DNA from: a virus
Length of the DNA: 64,000 nucleotides
Direction: 5' to 3' (one strand)
Virus record (IMG/VR): IMGVR_UViG_3300017973_000001
Location: 45,431 to 109,430 of that record
Notes under the pieces: generated by a model
The model's input: only the letters and a program-made list of their open reading frames with translations
What the model was told of the DNA's origin: nothing
The model's database searches: none
In this document: positions 56,200-64,000 of the stretch, in pieces
How positions within the stretch are numbered: the first letter of the stretch is position 1
Layout: the number at the start of each line of letters is the position of its first letter
Translations under genes and position numbers: made by a program

Positions 56200-59100
56200 A
56201 TGCCAAGTCAAGACAAGCACGAATTGGTAACGGAGATAAAAGCCGAATATGGAGATACGATTGCCAAAGCATTAGAGTACGCCAATGCCATTGGTACACT
56301 AGCTACCAACTTCGGTAAGGCTCAAGAACATATGACAGGTCTATCCGGATTCACTAAGGATTTAAACCTGGATTTCAAAAAACAACTTGAAGAAGTTTTC
56401 AAATTGATCGGTGTTGGTGGTGGAGCTACCGTTAAACTCACCAAAACTAAGTTAAAAGAAAACATTAAAGAAAAGTTTGAGGACGCTATCAGTAACTTTG
56501 ATCCGGAAATTGTCCTTGCAAATGACGGTGATAATAAAGTTACACTTTCAGTAAGTGATACGCTAAAACAAAAACTACAAATAGAGTATGAAAAAGCACT
56601 AACAAAATTTGTAGATGTAACGGAAATAGACCCAAATGGTATGGTGCCAATTAAACTTCCGTTAAGTGCCATGACTAATATGCAAGAACGGTTTAAAAAA
56701 GTTTTTATGGACGATATAGAGAAAATAAACTTTGTATGGGACCGTAAACGTGTTGAGAAAGGCATGAAGATAGACCAAATGCCTTTAGCTTCTTTTGAGC
56801 TGAATGGAGAACATCTTCAATCTTTATTTAATAAGGTACGTGACCGTTTTATTGAAGAACTCAAAAAGCCGGATATGATTAACTTACAAAACGTAAAGAA
56901 AATGGAAATACCGGTTGGGGAGTTAAATAAAGCAGTAGACCTTATTAGAGAAAGCATTGGTAATTTAGATGAGTCTTTAAAAGTAGACGCAACTAAACTT
57001 ATGGAGCTACCTAAAGTCCAAACACGTATTACAGATTTAAAGACTAATTTGCAATTAATTGTTGGTACTATTTACCAAATTACCGAGAGTGCTAAAGATA
57101 TAGGTCTAACTGAAGAAGATAAGAAAAAACTTGAGCAAGTACAGACGAAAATAAAAGGACTATCTCAAGGTATATTAACAAAAGTTGTTAATGATATAGG
57201 TGAAATGACAAAGGGCTTAAAAGGAAAAGCAGAATTTTCACAAGCTGACTTAGCTCAAGTAATGCAACCTATAAACAAGATTAAAGAAATTGTCCGTGAG
57301 TTTGTTGAGGTAGAAATAGTAAAAGCTGAAGAAATCTTACGTCAACAATCAATCGCTCCTCCAAAAATTAGAAAAAACTCAAAAGAAGCAACTGAGAATT
57401 TTACAACTTTCTCTAAAATTCAAAATGATATTATCAATGCTTCTAAAAAAGCGTTAGAGAACTTAGATACTCATGGTGTAGTTTTTAATACTGCCCCAGT
57501 TATCGAAGGGATCAATGCGTGGGCAGAAAAAGTAGTATTAGATTTAAAAGCTAATGTTGATACAGAGTTAGCAAGTGTCGGATTAAATTTAGCACGAAGT
57601 CAAAGAACAGTCATTGAAGGATTTTATGAATCACTTCTAAAAGTGTCTAAATTAAAATTAGGACCTAAAAAAGTTCAAGAAGGTCTCGAAGTAAAAATTT
57701 CATCTGAAGAAATTTTTGCTGAAATTACTGAACAGATAAAAGGTCTAGTAACTGAATACTTAGGTAATATCAAACCTACAGACTCAGCTAAAGCAAAACT
57801 AGATAAAGGTCTAGAAATCACACAACCTATGGTAGTCAAAATGGAAACTGCCCTAAAAGGTACACTTAATAAAATGGTTGATGATGTTGTTTTAAAGTTA
57901 AATGCACATGAGCCGAGTACTTTAGGGTCAGAGGAAATATCAGCATTAGATCGTGTTCTTTCTGATGAGTCCAGGGCTATTGTAAGTCGTATTGTTGCTG
58001 AAGCTAGGTCTATTTCCAATAGTTTATCTGAAAGTTTTTATACAGGTAATTCTAAAGGAATTAGTAAAGAAGAACATACACAAATGGCTCAATCGTTAAA
58101 AGAAACTGCTAATAAAGTCGTCTCAGAGTATGGAAATATGTTTGAGGGAGCTTTAGGGGCGTTTGTAATCACTGCTTCAACAGTTGAAGATATTCATAAC
58201 AAAATATCTAGTGAATTAAATGTATTTGCTAAGAAAACGAATATTGAGTTAAGTGATTACGATACTCCATTTATGATTAAAGGTATCGTTAGAAAACTTC
58301 AAGTAGAAGTTCAAAAAGCAATTAGGCAAAATGTTGAAGCTTGGAGACCTTCCCTTGAAGCTTTTAACCCTAACATGGATTTTGAAGCATTAGTTTCTTC
58401 ATTACGTGATCCTATGCAAAATATGGTTCGTCAAATGAGCTTAGATTTTGAACACGAATTGAGAAAACTATATGACACTTCAAAAATTGAGTTTACGGAT
58501 GAGCATACACCTATCCAGGCGAAAGGTGTTGTTAAAAAAGCTCAACAAAAACTTCAATCTGCTATAAAGGGGAATGTTGAAGCTTGGGACCCAACGGAGG
58601 GGCTTGAACCGTTCGAACCTAAAATTAATTACAAAAAAGTAGGTAATGCAGTCGAACAGTTAGTAAATAACATGCTTAATCATGCAGTATCTAATGTTAA
58701 AGATAGAGCAACTGCAATAAAAACTTCTTCAATCCATACAGAGAATGATACGAATAACAACGAAATAAACAACGCTAAAGCAGAAAGTGAAGGATATTTT
58801 AATCCAAAAACAGAGTTACATTTAATCAATGAATCAGTGTTGAGATACGTAAGTAATTATGTTCATTATGTTTCTAGATTAATACGTGAATTTACTGCTG
58901 AAGTTGATAATTTTTCTGTCAGTAAAAAATCATTAAATGCTGACGTTCGTAAATCAATAGCTCAAAAGTTAGATATGTCAGTGAAAGATTGGATGAAAGA
59001 CGGTAATGAAATGAGTGGGGATGAAGATTTTAAAAATATTCTCCACGAAAGCGTTAATAGTATCTATAGAAAATTCCATGATGTTGTACAAAGTCATACT

Positions 59101-62100
59101 TCTGACATTATTAAAGAATACAAAACTGAATTAAAAAACGTAAAACTAGAGCCGGATACTTCTGTAGTTTACTTCCTTGCAGACCAACTTCATGATATGC
59201 AGTCAGCTATTACTAAAAAAATTCGTGATGTACTTAGAGCTCAATTTAATGCCATGAAAGATGAGCTTAAAGCAATGAGAATTGGTACACAATCTATGGG
59301 TTATGAAGTACCTAAAGGTGTTGTTAATGAGCTAGAAAGAACACAAAAAGCTCAAGTAGTACAACAAATAGTGGTCGCAAACCAGGTACCTAGAGACGGT
59401 GGTGGATATGTAGGTAGATACACTGCTTATAACAATGGTTACAGTAAACAAAATTTTGGTAATGAAGGTTCATATGGTAATGGTACTGATTACTATAACG
59501 AAACTAAAAGTGCTGAATCGTTTAAAAAATCCATTGTTAACACAATGCGCTATATCATGGCCGGCTCACTTATGGGTGTACCTAGTATGCTTTTATATCA
59601 AGCGTTTGACTCTGCTAAGACATATGATTACGAAATGGAAAAAGCTCGTCAGAACTTCATGATTGACGGTGGTAAGGCGACATTGGCCGGTAATGGGTTC
59701 AGTAGTAAAGATGTTAATAGGAGCGTTCAAGACATTGGTATTATGAATGGTGTTTCAATGGATGACTCAGCTAAAGCTTTCCAAATAGCGTCACGGACGA
59801 CTGATAACTCAGCACAAGCTTTACAAGTAACTAGAGAGATCACAAAAATGAAGTCTCTTGAGGACATTGACATAATAAAAGCGTCTGAAGGTCTTGAGTC
59901 TGTACTAAAGCAGTGGGGTCAAAAAGCCGGAGCTTCAAAAGATATGACTAACATGATGATTATTGGTTCAAATATTTCCAATGCAAGTATCGAAGATATT
60001 CTTGACGCTCAAAGTCGTTCGGGTGCCCTTTTCAATCAAAATCTTAAAGGTATGGGTACTGCTGAAAAATTTGCTACTTCTGTAGCTTTAACATCTATCT
60101 TTAAACAAGCAACTGGGCGCTCCGGTACGGAGGCCGGGACTTTCTTTAAAGCCATGCTTCAACGTCCATATACAAAACAAGGCCGACAGGAGCTTGAAAC
60201 AATGTCAGAAGATAAGCGATTTAAAGACTTAAATCCTTACTACACTGATAAAGACGGTGTAAAACGTCAGAAGAATTTCTTAGACCTTTTCGGAAGTATC
60301 TTAGATGTTTCTGACAAATTGAACGACTCTGATCGTGCTAATATGTGGTCTAAATTAGTACCTGGATGGCACTCCGGTTCTATGGGTGCGATTGACTCAT
60401 TTACTCAAGGATTAAAGCAAGATGTAGAAGAAATGAAAAAGAACGCTGAGAAAAAAGGTGGGAAATCTGTTGATACAGATAAGGATGGAAAAGTCTCATC
60501 TAAAGAAGCCTTAGAATTTGTAGTAAAGAAAATATATGACAAAAATGATCCAAACGCATTGAAGAATAATGCAGATACAGTAACTAATATGCAGATGGGA
60601 ATGGCCAATACATGGGCGTACCAGGGTCGTAAAATGAAATCAGAGTTTGAAGTTTCATTGGTTGACGTATTTGGGAATTTAAAAGATGAGTTCAGTTCAT
60701 TGAGTGTATATATTAGTACACTCTTACGTTATGTAAGAGACAATGCTAGTACATTTGCTGAAATGGTTAAAAAGTTCGTTCAAGTTGGGGCGTATGCACT
60801 TGGTAAACAAGGTGTTAAACTTCTTAAAAATCAACTACAACAACGAAAAGAAGAAAAATTAAATAACATGTTTGGGGAAAATGTACGTTATCTAAATGAG
60901 GAAGGACGTTACCATAACTTAAGAAGATTGGCTTTATCAGAAGAAATGGGGTCCCATAGAGATAGCTACAATAATGCATTAGAAAAACATAATTCAGCTA
61001 ATTCAAGACTAGCCGAAATTGACAATGAGTTGAACGGTATTGGCAAACAAAGAGAAGAACATCAAGAAGCTCATGACCATGCTGATAAAAGACTTAAGGA
61101 GTCTAAGCCAGGTGAAGATACACAAGACCTTACAAACACATTAGTTCGTTCCGGAAGGGCACTTGAAGGTTTGGATGAAGAAGAAAAAAAATTAATAGCT
61201 GAACAAAAGAAATTAACTGCTGAAGCAAGTAAATATTCAAGAGAAATGACCCATGCTCAAAAAAATATGCAAGGTCTTGAAGATGAGATGATCTCCACTA
61301 ATAACTCTATGGCAAAAGTTAATGGCCGTTATAAAGCATTGACTATGGCTATGGAAGATATGGGCCTAGACGCAACTAAGTTAAAAGTTAAATTTAACGA
61401 ACTTCAAAGTGGTATGTCCGAAACTAGTGCCGGTTCAAATTCATTAGAGAGAAATCTTACTGAAATTGGCGAACGTGCCGGACTTAGTGAAGGTCAAATT
61501 TCTGAATTACGTAGTCAAGTAGAAAAGCTTAACCAGGAATTTAAAGATGGTGACATTACTGCTGAAGAATATATTAAGTCGTTAAATAAACTGGAAAGAC
61601 AACATCAATTAGGTTCTATGGGATTTGACGGTGTTGGAGGAAACTTTAACAGGCAGAACGGTAGAGGTCTTGTCGATACTGCTATTGAGGGTTCTATGTT
61701 TGAAAGTAGTATGAACGGTGCTGAAGATATGCCGAAATCCCTCGGTAATAGAATAGGGGCTATGTTAACCACTGCCGGTACGCTAATATTCGGGCGTAAG
61801 CTAATGGGTGCAACTGGTGGATGGCTTGGTAAACTTAAAGGTTTATTTGCTGAAGGAGGCAAACTAGGTAGTATCGGTAAAATTTTTTCAATGGGTGGTA
61901 AATTCGGTCAAGTCTTGAAACTAGGTAAACTTGGAAAGGCAATACCGTATGTTGGAGAAGCTTTATTGGGTATGGACGCTGGCGACGCTATGTTTGACGC
62001 TATGTTTGCTCAAGGAATGAATAAATATGAAAAAACTAAAGAACAAGGTTCTAGACGTGAAACAGTAGCAAATGACATAAAAAGCGCAAGCGAGGGTGGT

Positions 62101-63615
62101 TTTTTTCAAAAGTTTCTTTTTAGTTTTGATACTTTGTTTAAAATGCCTATGTCCGGATTAAATCACATGTTCGGTGGTAACATGACTTCATTCTCAGAGT
62201 ACGGGAAAGCATTAAAAGACTATGCTCTATATTCCGGGGATGAATTAGACAAGCACTTAAAGAAAGATTTAGGTTATGAGGAGAAAAAAAGAGAAGCTTT
62301 TAAACAAGAAGAAGAAGAACGACTGAAAAAGTTAGATATGTTCGACCAAAACCATGACGGAATTGTAGATCGCCCACAAGATCGTACAACTCCAATTTCA
62401 TTTGAAGATGTTCAAACATACTTAGAAGGACTGCAAGATAGATTATCAATGTCTCAAAGTCGTAATGATACGGCTTTTACTGTCGGTACTACTAAACTAT
62501 TAATCAATGGTAATAGCCAAAACTCAGCTTCAATGAGAATGGCAAAAGAAGGCTATATAAGTACAACTATGGCTGATATGAACCAGGCTTTAAAAGATGT
62601 AACTGACCGTATGAACACTTTAGAAGGTGGGACAGACACTCAATCATACATTACTATGGAGAAATATGCACAAGAGCTTAAAAACAATTTAGCTAATTTA
62701 AAACTTCAACAATACCAAAATAAAATGTCTGTCGTAGATGATATTAATGAGAAGATGGGCATTGGGTTGAACTACAATCAATCTCGTAGTGGTATCCAAC
62801 GTTCAAATTTATTAATGAATGGGTACCGTGAGGACTCAACTGAGTTACGAAAAACAATGAAAGAGTTCTTCACGAAAAACATTGAAGTATTAAATATCGC
62901 TATTAATAAAATTGGAGCTCAGATGAGTACTGTACCAGTTGGGTCAGATAAGTGGTACGAACTTCGTAACGATAAAGCTAGTCTTGAATCACAAAAAGCT
63001 GAGCAAAAACTACAACTATTCCAAAATGATTTTTCTGAAGTAGACAATATCATGAACAACATGCAAGATAAATTAACGCTTCAGAATGGTAAGTTTGAAA
63101 TACAAAAGGATAACGCTATTCTTGGTGGGGCACAAAAAGACTCGTCAGTACTAAAAGGTATTGAAAATAATAGGGTTTATTCTACTAATTCAATTATGCA
63201 AGGTGCTGAAAGTCAATTACGTGCATTACTTACTAAGTATGACGGTAAACAAGCTCAGCGAAACCAAATTCTACTAGCGATCCAACAACTTCAAGTAGAG
63301 CAGAAAAATCAGTTAGTAGGGATCAAAGATACTTTAGACTACAATAAATCAACATTCAATTTACCGAGTGGTGTACAACCAATGGGTTACTTTGATTATG
63401 TTATGTCGAGAGGGACAAATAAAAACGTCTCAGTATCTCAAGGTGACGTAAAAATTAATGTAACTATCGGTAATATGAGTGGGGCACAAAATGATGTAGA
63501 TAAGGTCACTAAGTCAATAACTGACGCAGTTAAGAAAGCACAAAAAGATTTAGTTAATGCCTTTACTACCAACGTAACAAGTGGTATGGGTACTAACTAT
63601 CCTAATATGGGGTGA
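56200..63615 (+). CDS. tape measure protein
   Basis: 2471 aa, helical; TMP core (ATGRSGTEAGTFFKAM); Gly-rich hydrophobic segments. Confidence 0.9.
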   Translation: MPSQDKHELVTEIKAEYGDTIAKALEYANAIGTLATNFGKAQEHMTGLSGFTKDLNLDFKKQLEEVFKLIGVGGGATVKLTKTKLKENIKEKFEDAISNFDPEIVLANDGDNKVTLSVSDTLKQKLQIEYEKALTKFVDVTEIDPNGMVPIKLPLSAMTNMQERFKKVFMDDIEKINFVWDRKRVEKGMKIDQMPLASFELNGEHLQSLFNKVRDRFIEELKKPDMINLQNVKKMEIPVGELNKAVDLIRESIGNLDESLKVDATKLMELPKVQTRITDLKTNLQLIVGTIYQITESAKDIGLTEEDKKKLEQVQTKIKGLSQGILTKVVNDIGEMTKGLKGKAEFSQADLAQVMQPINKIKEIVREFVEVEIVKAEEILRQQSIAPPKIRKNSKEATENFTTFSKIQNDIINASKKALENLDTHGVVFNTAPVIEGINAWAEKVVLDLKANVDTELASVGLNLARSQRTVIEGFYESLLKVSKLKLGPKKVQEGLEVKISSEEIFAEITEQIKGLVTEYLGNIKPTDSAKAKLDKGLEITQPMVVKMETALKGTLNKMVDDVVLKLNAHEPSTLGSEEISALDRVLSDESRAIVSRIVAEARSISNSLSESFYTGNSKGISKEEHTQMAQSLKETANKVVSEYGNMFEGALGAFVITASTVEDIHNKISSELNVFAKKTNIELSDYDTPFMIKGIVRKLQVEVQKAIRQNVEAWRPSLEAFNPNMDFEALVSSLRDPMQNMVRQMSLDFEHELRKLYDTSKIEFTDEHTPIQAKGVVKKAQQKLQSAIKGNVEAWDPTEGLEPFEPKINYKKVGNAVEQLVNNMLNHAVSNVKDRATAIKTSSIHTENDTNNNEINNAKAESEGYFNPKTELHLINESVLRYVSNYVHYVSRLIREFTAEVDNFSVSKKSLNADVRKSIAQKLDMSVKDWMKDGNEMSGDEDFKNILHESVNSIYRKFHDVVQSHTSDIIKEYKTELKNVKLEPDTSVVYFLADQLHDMQSAITKKIRDVLRAQFNAMKDELKAMRIGTQSMGYEVPKGVVNELERTQKAQVVQQIVVANQVPRDGGGYVGRYTAYNNGYSKQNFGNEGSYGNGTDYYNETKSAESFKKSIVNTMRYIMAGSLMGVPSMLLYQAFDSAKTYDYEMEKARQNFMIDGGKATLAGNGFSSKDVNRSVQDIGIMNGVSMDDSAKAFQIASRTTDNSAQALQVTREITKMKSLEDIDIIKASEGLESVLKQWGQKAGASKDMTNMMIIGSNISNASIEDILDAQSRSGALFNQNLKGMGTAEKFATSVALTSIFKQATGRSGTEAGTFFKAMLQRPYTKQGRQELETMSEDKRFKDLNPYYTDKDGVKRQKNFLDLFGSILDVSDKLNDSDRANMWSKLVPGWHSGSMGAIDSFTQGLKQDVEEMKKNAEKKGGKSVDTDKDGKVSSKEALEFVVKKIYDKNDPNALKNNADTVTNMQMGMANTWAYQGRKMKSEFEVSLVDVFGNLKDEFSSLSVYISTLLRYVRDNASTFAEMVKKFVQVGAYALGKQGVKLLKNQLQQRKEEKLNNMFGENVRYLNEEGRYHNLRRLALSEEMGSHRDSYNNALEKHNSANSRLAEIDNELNGIGKQREEHQEAHDHADKRLKESKPGEDTQDLTNTLVRSGRALEGLDEEEKKLIAEQKKLTAEASKYSREMTHAQKNMQGLEDEMISTNNSMAKVNGRYKALTMAMEDMGLDATKLKVKFNELQSGMSETSAGSNSLERNLTEIGERAGLSEGQISELRSQVEKLNQEFKDGDITAEEYIKSLNKLERQHQLGSMGFDGVGGNFNRQNGRGLVDTAIEGSMFESSMNGAEDMPKSLGNRIGAMLTTAGTLIFGRKLMGATGGWLGKLKGLFAEGGKLGSIGKIFSMGGKFGQVLKLGKLGKAIPYVGEALLGMDAGDAMFDAMFAQGMNKYEKTKEQGSRRETVANDIKSASEGGFFQKFLFSFDTLFKMPMSGLNHMFGGNMTSFSEYGKALKDYALYSGDELDKHLKKDLGYEEKKREAFKQEEEERLKKLDMFDQNHDGIVDRPQDRTTPISFEDVQTYLEGLQDRLSMSQSRNDTAFTVGTTKLLINGNSQNSASMRMAKEGYISTTMADMNQALKDVTDRMNTLEGGTDTQSYITMEKYAQELKNNLANLKLQQYQNKMSVVDDINEKMGIGLNYNQSRSGIQRSNLLMNGYREDSTELRKTMKEFFTKNIEVLNIAINKIGAQMSTVPVGSDKWYELRNDKASLESQKAEQKLQLFQNDFSEVDNIMNNMQDKLTLQNGKFEIQKDNAILGGAQKDSSVLKGIENNRVYSTNSIMQGAESQLRALLTKYDGKQAQRNQILLAIQQLQVEQKNQLVGIKDTLDYNKSTFNLPSGVQPMGYFDYVMSRGTNKNVSVSQGDVKINVTIGNMSGAQNDVDKVTKSITDAVKKAQKDLVNAFTTNVTSGMGTNYPNMG

Positions 63616-63619
63616 TTAA

Positions 63620-64000
63620 ATGTCGCAACAAACATCATTAAGCAACGCACGAAAAAGGTATAAACGAAAACTCTTTGTAGACAGTGGTATAGGTTTTGAG
63701 GAGGTTACGGGCCGAATTATTGAGCCCTATTCTCCTCCGATACCAACTTTAAAAGTAAAAGAGCTTGAAATAATCGGTGGACCTTCACATTTCCACCACA
63801 TGGGTTCATCTAGTTATAAGTTGACATTAAATATACTTTTTAAAGATAAATTGTACTATTCAAGATATATGGCTACTGTGGGTGGCGTTCATAAATTTTA
63901 TGATGAAAAAGGTTCAATATTTGAGGGATTTGTAGAGAGTATCCGTTCAACTACTGCTGAAGCTAATAGAAAATACAAAGTAGAAATTTCACTTACCGTA
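63620..64000 (+). CDS. putative distal tail protein (partial, runs off window)
   Basis: ATG 4 nt after the TMP stop; frame open to window end. Confidence 0.55.
   Translation, partial: MSQQTSLSNARKRYKRKLFVDSGIGFEEVTGRIIEPYSPPIPTLKVKELEIIGGPSHFHHMGSSSYKLTLNILFKDKLYYSRYMATVGGVHKFYDEKGSIFEGFVESIRSTTAEANRKYKVEISLTV

Noticed and set aside
907-61862. Antisense or out-of-frame ORFs in the track (e.g. 907, 1396, 3511, 8722, 12665, 29449, 47332, 56322, 57675, 61605)
   Set aside because: Shadows of well-supported genes, with no SD or motifs
1-64000. tRNA, rRNA, DGR/retron RT, arbitrium, integrase, CI repressor
   Set aside because: No cloverleafs or diagnostic protein motifs recognised; they may lie outside the window

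Overview
This AT-rich window comes from a large siphovirus of spore-forming Bacillota (Bacillus-like host inferred from AbrB, a SigF/G-type sigma and SigA-type promoters). It looks like a phage-plasmid: HTH replication initiator with iterons and a counter-transcribed RNA, a ParM/ParR/parC partition cassette, a Doc-type toxin-antitoxin pair, and no integrase or repressor in view. Layout: nucleotide/sigma genes (1-2.5 kb); rep, thyX and par (2.6-8 kb); lysis cassette (8.1-10.1 kb); a ~25 kb leftward run of small early/middle genes (10.1-35 kb) punctuated by conserved bulged hairpins and headed by a large structured RNA that loops out an ORF; a G-rich divergence region (35.3-36.4 kb); accessory genes interleaved with small-RNA cassettes and a curved-DNA tract (36.5-43.4 kb); and the packaging/head/tail module (43.5-64 kb). 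Most notable: (1) a tandem array plus dispersed set of promoter-sRNA-terminator cassettes, most with anti-Shine-Dalgarno-like seeds; (2) the ORF-containing large RNA and the hairpin family in the early operon; (3) no Ala-Ala dipeptide in the translated proteome, consistent with GCNGC avoidance; (4) a probable -1 frameshift adding a peptidoglycan-binding domain to the endolysin. All calls were made by eye, without database searches or folding software.
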